64,000 nt of DNA from assembly GCA_963924565.1 (NCBI GenBank), contig OZ004609.1, positions 5,208,001-5,272,000 of the forward strand. The letters run 5' to 3'. The stretch comes from Ascidiella aspersa. Lineage: Eukaryota. Every line of letters starts with the position of its first letter. Position 1 is the first letter of the stretch. Below are positions 12,267-23,710 of the stretch, piece by piece. The notes beneath the pieces are model-generated. The model saw only the letters and a list, made by a program, of their open reading frames with translations, did not search any database and was not told the DNA's origin. The position numbers were made by a program, and so were the translations under genes.

Positions 12267-15200
12267 TTAATCAAGGTTATCGTCTGTGTTTAGTTGTGTT
12301 TGTATGAGGTTTATTATGTTTTTGAATTTGACTTTGATTTTCCATGTTGTTTCATTTACAAAGTCCTGTGCATTGTGTAGATATTCATTTTCAGCTGTTA
12401 GTTTGTTTTTTTCATTTATTAGGATTTGTTTTGTTAATATTAGCAGTTTTTGCTTGCTGAGGCTTTTTTCAAATTCTGCTGGGTTTTGGTTATAAATGGT
12501 TGCGTGGTGGTCGGGGATGAAGGTGTGGCCGTATTCGTTTACTGTTATTTGATTGAGTTTTGTGTAGATTTTTTTGGTGATGTTGCATTCATTTAGGAGG
12601 TGGTAGATGTTGTCTTTTGGTCCGTGGCAGAAGTTGCATCGATTAATTCTTAGTTGTCCTGTCGAAGTTCGATTTATATTTCTTGAGTTGCGGAAATCGC
12701 CCCATTTATAGCTTTGGTGTGCTGTTAAGTAGGAGGTTTCGCGTTCATTATTATTGTATAGCTTTTTGTGTTTCCGTCCGTTCAGATGTATGTGTGTCCA
12801 GTTGATTGGGATTCGATCCATTTTTAATTCTGCCGAGATTGCTTTATTTTGCATAAGGATGTTGTAAATTGCCCTCATTTTATTATGTTTCCAATCGAAG
12901 TCACCGTGTTCCTGTTGAATTTTGTTGAATTGTTCTATGATAGATTTCCAGGTGGGATTTATTTTGTCTGCTTTTGGGTAGTGGTTGCCAAAAAGATGAG
13001 GGATTATGTTTTTTCCTTTTGTTCCAAGGGCGTGCATGTACCATATATGGTATGGTTGGGTTGGCGTGTCCGTCTTTTTTAGGTGTGAAATTTTTTTCGA
13101 GTTGGGCAGCAGCGATTTTAGTTTCCAGATCCGGCATTTTGATTCCACCTTCTTGTTTTGTGTTTAAAAGTTTTAGCCGTTTAATTGGTTCAATTTTTTT
13201 TGGGTGCCACAGGAATTCGTACAGTAGTTTGTTTATTTCTTTTATTATTTTTTTTGTCGGTATGATAATACGTGCGATATGGATTATTTGTGAGATCATT
13301 AGAGCATTTATAATGTGTATTTTCCCGTAAATTGTTTGGTTGAGTTTATTGAATTTGTGTTGTATGGCTTGAATTTTGTTTTTCGCTTTTATCCAGTTAA
13401 TATTTATTAGTGAGTATTGAGTGTTGTAATGTATGCCTAGAATTTTAACTTGTTCTTTAATGTGTTGTGGGTATAATTCTAAAAGTTGTGTTTTTATGAA
13501 GGGTGTAAAGGTAATAATTTGAGTTTTGTCCATGTTAAGTTTTTGTCCTGTTATATTTTGGTAGATTTTGAGTTCCTTGAAGAGTTCCAGCGCACTGTTT
13601 TTGTCCGAGATATAAAATGTGTTGTCGTCCGCAAATTGCTGTATGACGATTTTTGTTTTGAAAAGTTTAAATCCTGTTATTTTTTTGTTCCTTTTTATCA
13701 TTTTGTTTAAGATTTCTCCTATACAGGTGTATAGCAGCATACTAAGGGGACATCCTTGGCGGAGGCCTCTTTTTATGGTGATTTTTTCAGTTAGTTCGCC
13801 GTTAACTTCCAGTTGGCTGTTTATGTCAGTGTATAATATTTCGATCCATTTGATGAGATTTTGGTTGATTCCAAAGGATGTGAGGGTTTTTATTATTAGT
13901 GCGTGGTCTACTCGGTCAAAAGCTTTCTCGAAGTCTGTGAGTACGATTGCTAGTTCCTCCGTTTTTGCTTTTGCGTACTCTATGACTGAAGTGGTATTGT
14001 AGTGGATATGTTCGATACGTCTGTCTTCTATGCCGCATTTCTGATCTATGTTTATTTTATCTTTTAATTTCTTTTTTAGCTTGTTTGTGATGATTTTGCT
14101 GAGAATTTTGTATTCTGTCGTTAGTACCGAGATCGGGCGCCAGTTTTTGATGTCTTCGGGGGGTCCTTTTTTTGGTAGAAGCTTGGTTAATGCGGTTTTC
14201 ATGGTTTCGGTCATGTTTTCCTTTAGGTATATGTTAATAAAAACTTCGTGCAGATCTTCTTTAAGATCTTTCCAAAAATGTTGATAGAATTCGGACGTAA
14301 GTCCGTCGATTCCCGGTGTTATATTCTTGTTTAGTTCTTTCATGGCTTTGGTGAGCTCTTGTGGGGTTAAATATTTTTCTTCCGTTTTTTCTCTAGCAGG
14401 TGAGTTGTTGAATTGTAGTATTTTGTCTTGTCCTTCGATGTCCAGATTGTCCTTTTTTCCCCATAGGTTGTGATAAAATTTTTGTATTTCTTTTTTTTTA
14501 TAGTTTTCTGTTTTTATGAGTGTTCCATTTTCATCTTTTAGATTTCCTATTTTTTGTTTTTCTCCGTTTGTTCTTTCCAATTGATAAAAGTGCCTGTCCG
14601 GGGTTTCGCTGTCAGTAAGATTTTTTATTCTTGCTCGAATTTTTGCTCCGAAGGTCCGTTTTCTGTCTATTTCTTTTAATTTTTCGATAGTGGTGATGTA
14701 TTCTTCGTTGTGTGTCGTATCTCTGTTATTTATTCTTGCATTTATTATTTTTAGTTTATTTTTGAGTTGATTTTCTTCTATGTTTTCCGTTCGTTTCTTT
14801 TCTATACAATATGTTATGGTTTCTTTTTTAATTTTTTTTTTAGGTGGTCCCACCACGCCAGTAGGTGTGGGTGATTGTTTTTTTTTGTTTTTTCGTTGGC
14901 TATGGTTTGTTTTATTAAGTTTGTATACTTTTCGTCTTTTAATATGTCGTTGTTTATTTTCCAGTGGTTGCTTATTTTTTTTTGGTTTGTAGTTTTGCCG
15001 AGTGTGATGTAGGGTGCTTGGGTGTGATCCGATAGAGTGTGAGTGATATGTCCTGTTTTGAAAATTTTACTTGTATTGTTATCTCTGTTGTATATACGGT
15101 CGATTCTGGTTGCCATTGTTTGGGTTATTCGCGTGTAGGTTATTGAATTTGGGTAGCGTTGTCTGAATGTGTCCTGAAGGTTTAACTGTGCTTTTGTGTC

Positions 15201-15767
15201 GCGCCATTGTTTTCGGTCCTTTGTATTATATATATTGGTATTAGTTGTATCGATGTCGTTTTCTATGAAATTGAAGTCCCCCATTAGGATGAGGTCGTCG
15301 TAATGGTTTGCGTTTTGGTTTAGGTATTTTTCTATCTCATGGATTTGGTTGGTTCTTTGTTTTATTTGTGCGTTTGCTTGGCCAGATTTTAGGTAGATAT
15401 TCAGGAGTCTTGTTTTTTTATGGTTCTTGATTTCGTTTTTGTGTGTTAGTGTAATTTCTTGTATCCAGTTTTGTAGTATTATGTTTTGTTCGATGTCCCA
15501 GTTTGAATTGATTTCTTCCTTATATAATACGAGCGTGCCTTGCCAGAAATGTTTTACATTTTCGTTTGTGTTAATGTTTAGTACGTATTTAAGTTTTTCC
15601 TTTTCGGCCCAATTTTTAAGACTGTTTTCGTTTATTTTGTGGGTTTCTTGCATAAGGCAGATATCGATTTCGTTTTGTTTGATGAATGTTCCTAGTTGGT
15701 GTAGTTTGTTGTGTATTCCGTTAATGTTTAGTGTGCATATCTTTAATGTTGTGTTGGTGTGTGACAT
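12267..15767 (-). pseudogene. E3 ORF2 (APE endonuclease-RT) with two homopolymer frameshifts
   Basis: Three overlapping ORFs; T10 versus T11 near 14832-14841 and T7 versus T6 near 13091 relative to E4; could be sequencing errors. Confidence 0.85.
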
Positions 15768-15822
15768 AATGTTCAAGAAAGAGGGGGAAGACGCAAAGAT
15801 TTAAAAGTACGATTTATATATA

Positions 15823-17595
15823 TTAACCAATGGTGGCGTTTACTTGGACTATTATACCGGATGAGTTAACACTAATTTCGGGTGGTGTGTTCTGTATATT
15901 TCTTCGTTTGTTTTCTTCATCGTCGGTGGATAGTTGTCGTTTTCTTTCGTTTTCCAGGGGTGTTGAGTGCTGTATGGGGTTTGGGTTATTTGGTGTCGGT
16001 AATTCATCTTCTTTGGATTCTTCTTGGTTGGCTTCTTTTTTTGGCGGTTTTTTTCTTCTGTGTTTTGGTCTTTTTCTTGTTTTTTTTGGATGGTAGTTTT
16101 CGTCATCAGAAGGTTCCGTGTTGGTTGTATTGAAGTTTGGATAAAGATTGAGGAAGACAGACGAGTAGTCGTCGCTAGAAAGAGGGGGTGAGGAAGAGGA
16201 GGAGGAGGAGTGGGAGAGGGAGGAGGAGGGAGGGTTGTAGTCGTTGTCATGGTCGTCTGGTAACGATGCGATGGTTGAGGGAACGGAGTCAGGTGGGTCG
16301 GATAGGTTTGGCGGTCCTAGGTAGGGTGATTCGATTTTTTCAGTTGGAGGTGTATTTTGTACGGGGATATTTGGGGTGGATGGTTTGATGTTTTGGTCTG
16401 GTTGGTTTCTTGCTTCTTCGTTGGTATGGTTAGATCCTGGGCTTATTGGCTTGTTATTTAGGTGGTCTGCGGAAGTTGACGGGATGTTTTCTTGTATGTC
16501 TTGGGGTGCCGGTAGATTGGTTCGTTGCGGGTTTTCGTTTATGTTTTCTGTGTCCATTTTTTCATTTCCGTTTTCGTTATCAGGGATTAGATTTTCTGCT
16601 ATCTCGATAATTTCATCTTTCTTGTGTAGCTCTTTTTCTTTGCTGTGGGAATGATTTGTTGCGTTGGATTCGTTGCTTTGGTTTAAGGTGTGATTCGGGG
16701 TTGCCATGAATCCTTGGTTGAAGATTTCCTGTTTTCTTAGTCTTTCTTCTAACTGTTTGATTACGGCTTCCAAGGAGGCCGTATTTTTTGGGTCGAAACG
16801 GTTTGCTGGTGTTGACGTTCTGAAACCTTGCAATTTTGGGAATTCTCTGTCAAAGATTTGGTCGTGTGTCTCGCTGGGTGGTTTGTTATGGAGGAGATCG
16901 CGGTCAAATTCTGGTGTTATAATTGGTTCGTTGGGGCAGTCTTTCATCAGGTGTCCTGTTTTAAAACAGAGGCGGCATGTTTGGGGGTTGGGACATTGGC
17001 TAGCCCAATGTCCCCTCTCGTTGCAATTTCTGCATACCGGTCCGAATGATTGGCCTGGTTTCACGATTTGTATCCTGTTTTTCTTGTAGAATATTTCCGG
17101 CTGGATGTTTTCAAGTTTAGGATCTACTAAGAATAGATTAACGTAGCCATTCATCTTATCTTGTCTTGATTTGTGTGTGCAAAATTGAGTACCTTTAGGT
17201 TTTCCCCATTGTAATTCAGACGCTATTTTAAAGATATGATCTTGTGTCCATTCAAACGGGATCGGGAATAGGGTAATTTTGGTTTGGGGGAGGGTGGGTT
17301 CGAAAGATTTCAATTCTATTATTTGTCTATCTGATGTTCGAATTTCTTTACCGTTTTCTAGTTCTTTGTGAAGTCTATCTCGGTTATATTGAAGGCGTGG
17401 ATTTTCCTTATTAAATGTTATTTGGTAGGTTTGGTTCTTTCTGTTGAGTGTCCTTGCTCCTGTGATATTTTCATCATATTTTTTCAGTGCTTGTTCCTCA
17501 TCGAACAATGATAGGAAGTTTATTATCGTAAAGTTCGATGTGTTACGAACTTGAATGTTTAGTGAACGTGTAGCAGTATATTCTAATATATTCAT
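15823..17595 (-). CDS. E3 ORF1 (family A), gag-like nucleic-acid-binding protein with two CCHC knuckles, 590 aa
   Basis: CRNCNERGHWASQC and CRLCFKTGHLMKDC; first ATG at 17595 matches the 590-aa E8 ORF1. Confidence 0.9.
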   Translation of the reverse strand: MNILEYTATRSLNIQVRNTSNFTIINFLSLFDEEQALKKYDENITGARTLNRKNQTYQITFNKENPRLQYNRDRLHKELENGKEIRTSDRQIIELKSFEPTLPQTKITLFPIPFEWTQDHIFKIASELQWGKPKGTQFCTHKSRQDKMNGYVNLFLVDPKLENIQPEIFYKKNRIQIVKPGQSFGPVCRNCNERGHWASQCPNPQTCRLCFKTGHLMKDCPNEPIITPEFDRDLLHNKPPSETHDQIFDREFPKLQGFRTSTPANRFDPKNTASLEAVIKQLEERLRKQEIFNQGFMATPNHTLNQSNESNATNHSHSKEKELHKKDEIIEIAENLIPDNENGNEKMDTENINENPQRTNLPAPQDIQENIPSTSADHLNNKPISPGSNHTNEEARNQPDQNIKPSTPNIPVQNTPPTEKIESPYLGPPNLSDPPDSVPSTIASLPDDHDNDYNPPSSSLSHSSSSSSSPPLSSDDYSSVFLNLYPNFNTTNTEPSDDENYHPKKTRKRPKHRRKKPPKKEANQEESKEDELPTPNNPNPIQHSTPLENERKRQLSTDDEENKRRNIQNTPPEISVNSSGIIVQVNATIG

Positions 17596-17686
17596 ACTTA
17601 TTTGTAGGGGAAAGGCGCAAAGGGAAGAAAGATACGGAGGGAAAGTGCGATACAAGAAAGGGTACAACAAACAATGTGGTGAGTGT

Positions 17687-17721
<35 letters not shown>

Positions 17722-18669
17722 TATTATTAAGTATTTTTATTATTTACCGTTAGACGGCGCTAGAGAGCAGTGGATTTTTTTGGGGTTCGGCACAAACTGT
17801 TTATTTTTTTATTAACCGCTAGACGGCGTGGTGTGTGTTTTTTTGATTTGTCGGTAGATGGCGCTAGTGTGGCAAATATTTGATCAGGGCTTCGCCTCAA
17901 ACGCTTAAAGGGTGGGGCGAAAAAACGACAGAGTACGAATACGATGACAGGCGGTAACAAGACAGTTAAGCTCCGCTGCAAGTTTTGGGATGTCAGGAAA
18001 AAAACAAACAAAAAGTACGAGCCAATTAGTGACGTCACTTCCGACGTCGAGGGATGAAAAATTTACAAGTATTAGAAAAGGTAGTACCACTAAGGGGCAG
18101 TAGAGATCTCGAAAATTTGCCGGGAGCTTCGCTGTATTTTTAAATACGAGTAGGCGGAAAAAGTTCTAAGTCCGTCAAGAGAGTCTCTGAGACTTCTCTC
18201 GGCGTACTTAGAAGCGCAAAAAACCACAAACACGACAAAAAATTAATAACGAGGCGAAAGAGGAGGCACCACTGATTGGCGCACTACTAGAACGTAGTTT
18301 ACCCAAGTTGAAACACTTGGCGAGAAAGATTACAAAGGCGCAAAAAATCTACAATACGATCAATAACAAACACACAATTAAAGTTTGATAGCGGTCTTTT
18401 GCTTAGAGCAAAGAGTTGGTTTTAGCACGATTAAGTACCACAAATAGTAGAAAAGTAACAACAGGTCCCTACAAAAGCCTGCCTGCCGCCCCTGCAACTG
18501 TTTGTTACAGCGGCTGCTGACTAATGCCTTCTAGTAAGGCCTGACACGAAAAGCGCAACAAAAAACCTCTAATAGGTTGAAATTACAAAAGAGTACGTCA
18601 CAAGGGTATATCCAAAAGGTTGAAAGGCTCGCAGTTGCGGGTGATTCTACGCAAATAAGATAAAGTCCG

Positions 18670-19247
18670 GGTGGAGCAACTTACCTTATTCAAATAGAAT
18701 ACTTTAAAATCGCGCGGCTAAGGCTTTATGCGAAGGCCAACTTTCAAAAACGCCAGTTTACTCAATATACGATTGTATGACTTCACCACCTATATAAGGG
18801 TGTCGCCAGAGAGGCGCTGGTAAGTATTCACCATGCTATGTGGTCACGTGGTACTTCGCGTTGTTCGAAATTTCTTGTCGCGCCCCGTTCGTTTCAACCG
18901 CGACATTTTGAACAAAAAATTAACGCTCAAAAAGCCAACTCAACATTGATCCCAATGCATATCGCGCGCTGTGGCACTTCAAAGGGCGGCCTACACGCAA
19001 GAGAGAAGCGCCCTACGGTAAGTTGGAGGAAGCGTCACCTGCGAAAGCCACGGGGGTCGGGCAGACTTGCAAAGGAGAGAGAGGAGCTGATTTTGGTTAT
19101 GGGAGAGTGGGCCAGGGCTATACATGCATTTTCGCCATCTCTTAATTTGACAAAGGACGCGATTACGCGATTTGGGGATTTTGCTACATGAATGCAATAC
19201 AGTGGGGGTAGCTTGGCTAAGCGATTGATTGGTTCTAAAAAATATTC
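18670..19247 (-). repeat. SL RNA gene repeat unit (1 copy); SL exon 18685-18700 fused to E3
   Basis: 584-bp unit sequence; donor GTAAGT retained here. Confidence 0.95.
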
Positions 19248-20006
19248 TTTTTTTTATATTATTTATTGGTTAAGAAAAATAGAAATGAAGTACAGCGAAC
19301 GAGATAAAAGTCCAACGAAAAGTGGAGAAAAGAGGATAAAACAAGTCGGTATTGCGCTAAACGATATGGCGAGAGGGTCGATAATTGAGATATTGGCGAT
19401 ATAACTGCGATTAGGGAATATAGGCGAACATATGAGATTTAAGTCGATAATGTATAAGTTTATATCAATTAGGTACAGACATACTTTAATGAATTCGCGC
19501 TTACATTCGGACGTACTAAGCATATGCATGTGCGAGTGTGTATATATCTACACTGGTATATTTGCTGGTCTGATGGGTAAGTGTTTTGTTAGTGGGTATA
19601 GTGGTGGCATAATCCGGCTGTGAGGGTAGTATGTAGTTTTAGCATTGTTGCTACGCTCGAGCATTGTATGCGCTTTGAGGGATCCAGTTGTAGGTTTATT
19701 GATATAACGGTGAAGGTAGTGTGTAGTTTGGTTATGTTTTAGGTCATAACCCTTTAGACAATGGAGATTCTGCTATGTTCAAACATGTATGTGCTTATAG
19801 TATTATCATTGCATTGCAGTTGTAATGTCGTGCTTTGGCAGTGAAGGCAGTGTGTAATTTGGTTATAATGTAGATAATAACCTTTCGGCATATGGGGAGG
19901 GTGTGGTGACTGATGACTATTTTGTCTTTGATATTAATGCTATATTGGGTTGATACGGAACATGGGATTTTACGAAATAGCACTATTTGAATAGTATTAA
20001 TTTACT

Positions 20007-20079
20007 GGACTGACCCGGGGTTCGAACCCGGGCCCTATAGGTCATACTACCGGCGCTCTAGCCATTGGGCCATTGAGTC
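20007..20079 (-). promoter_or_regulatory. tRNA-derived Pol III promoter in E4 3' UTR
   Basis: A box TGGCCCAATGG; B box GGTTCGAACCC. Confidence 0.75.
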
Positions 20080-20176
20080 GGTTGGTGATGTCTCCGTGTT
20101 TGGAGTTGTTATTCTAGCGTTGTGTTGGTTAGTGCGACTCGTTTTTGCTTTTTGTGCATTTGGCTGCGTTGTTGAG

Positions 20177-23100
20177 TTAATCAAGGTTATCGTCTGTGTT
20201 TAGTTGTGTTTGTATGAGGTTTATTATGTTTTTGAATTTGACTTTGATTTTCCATGTTGTTTCATTTACAAAGTCCTGTGCATTGTGTAGATATTCATTT
20301 TCAGCTGTTAGTTTGTTTTTTTCATTTATTAGGATTTGTTTTGTTAATATTAGCAGTTTTTGCTTGCTGAGGCTTTTTTCAAATTCTGCTGGGTTTTGGT
20401 TATAAATGGTTGCGTGGTGGTCGGGGATGAAGGTGTGGCCGTATTCGTTTACTGTCATTTGATTGAGTTTTGTGTAGATTTTTTTGGTGATGTTGCATTC
20501 ATTTAGGAGGTGGTAGATGTTGTCTTTTGGTCCGTGGCAGAAGTTGCATCGATTAATTCTTAGTTGTCCTGTCGAAGTTCGATTTATATTTCTTGAGTTG
20601 CGGAAATCGCCCCATTTATAGCTTTGGTGTGCTGTTAAGTAGGAGGTTTCGCGTTCTTGATTATTGTATAGCTTTTTGTGTTTCCGTCCGTTCAGATGTA
20701 TGTGTGTCCAGTTGATTGGGATTCGATCCATTTTTAATTCTGCCGAGATTGCTTTCTTTTGCATAAGGATGTTGTAAATTGCTCTCATTTTATTATGTTT
20801 CCAATCGAAGTCACCGTGTTCCTGTTGAATTTTGTTGAATTGTTCTATGATAAATTTCCAGGTGGGATTTATTTTGTCTGCTTTTGGGTAGTGGTTGCCA
20901 AAAAGATGAGGGATTATGTTTTTTCCTTTTGTTCCAAGGGCGTACATGTACCATATATGGTATGGTTGGGTTGGCGTGTCCGTCTTTTTTAGGTGTGAAA
21001 TTTTTTCGAGTTGGGCAGCAGCGATTTTAGTTTCCAGATCCGGCATTTTGATTCCACCTTCTTGTTTTGTGTTTAAAAGTTTTAGCCGTTTAATCGGTTC
21101 AATTTTTTTTGGGTGCCACAGGAATTCGTACAGTAATTTGTTTATTTCTTTTATTATTTTTTTTGTCGGGATGATTATTCTTGCTATATGGATGGTTTGA
21201 GCTATCATCAGTGTATTTATTATATGAATTTTGCCGTAGATGGTTAAGTTAAGTTTACTATATTTGTGTTGTATTGCTGTAATTTTATTTTTTGCCTTTG
21301 TCCAGTTTGCGTTGATTATATTATTTTTTGTATTGTATAGAAGGCCTAGTATTTTGATTTGTTCTTTTATATATTGGGGATAGATCTCTGTCATTTGGGA
21401 TTTAATGAATGGAGTGATGGCTAGTATTTGTGTTTTGTTCATGTTGAGTTTTTGTCCTGTTATTTTTTCATAATTGTTTAATTCTTTAAATAGTTCGGTT
21501 GCACTGTTTTTGTTGGGTATGTAGAATGTATTGTCGTCGGCAAATTGCTGTATTTTTATTTTTGTGTTAAATATTTTGATGGCATTTATTTTCTCGTTGT
21601 TTTTGATCATTTTGTTTAGTATTTCACCAATGCAGGTGTATAACACCATGCTCAGAGGGCATCCTTGTCTAAGACCTCGTTTTATTTTGATTGCTTCTGT
21701 GAAGTCTCCGTTTATTTCGATTTTGCTGCATATATTATTGTACATTATTCTGGTCCATTTGATTAGGCTGCTCGGGATTCCAAGAGATTTTAAGGTTTTC
21801 AATATTAGCTGGTGGTCAACGCGATCGAATGCCTTTTCAAAATCCGTTGTTATTATGGCTAGTTGTTGAGATTTTGCTATTGCGTAGTTAATTGCTGCTG
21901 TTGTGTTATAGTGGATTTCTTCGATTCTTCTTTTTTCTATTCCGCATTTTTGATCAATATTTATTTTGTCTTTTAATATTTTTTTAAATTTTGCCGTTAT
22001 TACTTTGCTTAATATTTTATATTCTGTTGTCAAAAGGGAGATCGGGCGCCAGTTTTTGATGTCTTCGAGGGGTCCTTTTTTTGGTAGAAGCTTGGTTAAT
22101 GCAGTTTTCATGGTTTCGGTCATGTTTTCCTTGAGGTATATGTTAATAAAAACTTCGTGCAGATCTTCTTTAAGATCTTTCCAAAAAAGTTGATAAAATT
22201 CGGACGTAAGTCCGTCGATTCCCGGTGTTATATTCTTGTTTAGTTCTTTCATGGCTTTGGTGAGCTCTTGTGGTGTTAAGTATTTTTCTTCCGTTTTTTC
22301 TCTAGCAGGTGAGTTGTCGGATTGTAGTATTTTGTCCTGTCCTTCGATGTCCAGATTGTCCTTTTTTCCCCATAGGTTGTGATAAAATTTTTGTATTTCT
22401 TTTTTTTTATCGTTTTCCGTTTTTATGAGTGTTCCATTTTCATCTTTTAGATTTCCTATTTTTTGTTTTTCTCCGTTTTGTCTTTCCATTTGATAAAAGT
22501 GCCTGTCCGGGGTTTCGCTGTCAGTAAGATTTTTGATTCTTGCTCGAATTTTTGCTCCTAAGGTCCGTTTTCTGTCTATTTCTTTTAATTTTTCGATAAT
22601 GGTGATGTACTCTTCGTTGTGTGTCGTATCTCTGTTATTTATTCTTGCATTTATTACTTTTAGTTTATTTTTGAGTTCATTTTCTTCTATGTTTTCCGTT
22701 CGTTTCTTTTCTATACAATATGTTATGGTTTCTTTTTTAATTTTTTTTTTTAGGTGGTCCCACCACGCCAGTAGGTGTGGGTGATTGTTTTTTTTTGTTT
22801 TTTCGTTGGCTATGGTTTGTTTTATTAAGTTTGTATACTTTTCGTCTTTTAATATGTCGTTGTTTATTTTCCAGTGGTTGTTTATTTTTTTTTGGTTTGT
22901 AGTTTTGCCGAGTGTGATGTAGGGTGCTTGGGTGTGATCCGATAGAGTGTGAGGGATATGTCCTGTTTTGAAAATTTTACTTGTATTGTTATCTTTGTTG
23001 TATATACGGTCAATTCTGGTTGCCATTGTTTGGGTTATTCGCGTGTAAGTTATTGAATTTGGGTAGCGTTGTCTGAATGTGTCCTGAAGGTTTAACTGTG

Positions 23101-23662
23101 CTTTTGTGTCGCGCCATTGTTTTCGGTCCTTTGTATTATATATGTTGGTATTGGTTGTATCGATGTCGTTTTCTATGAAATTGAAGTCTCCTAATAAGAG
23201 TAGATCGTCCTTATGATGGGCGTTTTGGTTTAGGTAGTTTTCTAGTTCATGCATTTGATTTGTTCTTTGTTTAATTTGAATGTTAGCTTGTCCCGATTTT
23301 AGGTAAATGTTTATAATTCTTGTTTTGTTTTGGTGCGTGGTTTCGTTTTTGGGTGTGAGTGTGATTTCCTGGATCCAGTTTTGTAAGATTATGTTATGTT
23401 CGATGTTCCAGTTTTTCTCTATTTTATCGTTGTATATTATCGCCGTTCCTTGCCAGAAATGTTTGATGTTGTCGTTTGTATCACTGTTTATCTTGTAGTG
23501 CATTTTGTCTTTTTCGGTCCAGGTTTTTAGTCTATTCTCATTAATTTTGTGTACTTCCTGGATTGCGCATATGTCTATTTTGTTTTGTTTGATGAAGGAT
23601 GTTAACTGTTGTATTTTGTTGTTTAGTCCGTTTATATTAATAGTGCAAATTTTGAGCTCCAT
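20177..23662 (-). CDS. E4 ORF2: APE endonuclease + reverse transcriptase + C-terminal CCHC, 1161 aa
   Basis: NING, QEVH, GDFNF, RIDR, SDH; PGIDG, NWRPIS, DFEKAFDRV, QGCPLS, FADD; CNFC...H....C. Confidence 0.97.
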   Translation of the reverse strand: MELKICTININGLNNKIQQLTSFIKQNKIDICAIQEVHKINENRLKTWTEKDKMHYKINSDTNDNIKHFWQGTAIIYNDKIEKNWNIEHNIILQNWIQEITLTPKNETTHQNKTRIINIYLKSGQANIQIKQRTNQMHELENYLNQNAHHKDDLLLLGDFNFIENDIDTTNTNIYNTKDRKQWRDTKAQLNLQDTFRQRYPNSITYTRITQTMATRIDRIYNKDNNTSKIFKTGHIPHTLSDHTQAPYITLGKTTNQKKINNHWKINNDILKDEKYTNLIKQTIANEKTKKNNHPHLLAWWDHLKKKIKKETITYCIEKKRTENIEENELKNKLKVINARINNRDTTHNEEYITIIEKLKEIDRKRTLGAKIRARIKNLTDSETPDRHFYQMERQNGEKQKIGNLKDENGTLIKTENDKKKEIQKFYHNLWGKKDNLDIEGQDKILQSDNSPAREKTEEKYLTPQELTKAMKELNKNITPGIDGLTSEFYQLFWKDLKEDLHEVFINIYLKENMTETMKTALTKLLPKKGPLEDIKNWRPISLLTTEYKILSKVITAKFKKILKDKINIDQKCGIEKRRIEEIHYNTTAAINYAIAKSQQLAIITTDFEKAFDRVDHQLILKTLKSLGIPSSLIKWTRIMYNNICSKIEINGDFTEAIKIKRGLRQGCPLSMVLYTCIGEILNKMIKNNEKINAIKIFNTKIKIQQFADDNTFYIPNKNSATELFKELNNYEKITGQKLNMNKTQILAITPFIKSQMTEIYPQYIKEQIKILGLLYNTKNNIINANWTKAKNKITAIQHKYSKLNLTIYGKIHIINTLMIAQTIHIARIIIPTKKIIKEINKLLYEFLWHPKKIEPIKRLKLLNTKQEGGIKMPDLETKIAAAQLEKISHLKKTDTPTQPYHIWYMYALGTKGKNIIPHLFGNHYPKADKINPTWKFIIEQFNKIQQEHGDFDWKHNKMRAIYNILMQKKAISAELKMDRIPINWTHIHLNGRKHKKLYNNQERETSYLTAHQSYKWGDFRNSRNINRTSTGQLRINRCNFCHGPKDNIYHLLNECNITKKIYTKLNQMTVNEYGHTFIPDHHATIYNQNPAEFEKSLSKQKLLILTKQILINEKNKLTAENEYLHNAQDFVNETTWKIKVKFKNIINLIQTQLNTDDNLD

Positions 23663-23710
23663 ATTGAAAGAGAGTAAGGGGAAGGCGTAAGTTTGAAATA
23701 ATATAACGAT

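Larger units (their letters stand above)
11364..18669 (-). mobile_element. E3: full-length A/B chimeric L1/Tx1-like element
   Basis: A-type 5' UTR and ORF1, mosaic ORF2, B-type 3' UTR; short poly(A) joined to GAATATTTTTTAG of the SL intron. Confidence 0.95.

Noticed and set aside
13619-14002. Many plus-strand hydrophobic ORFs antisense to ORF1 and ORF2
   Set aside because: By-products of the T-rich antisense strand of A-rich coding sequence; mostly non-ATG starts and no domains
14821-14845. Programmed frameshifting in E3 ORF2
   Set aside because: Both shifts are single-base homopolymer length differences relative to intact E4, so mutation or sequencing error is simpler
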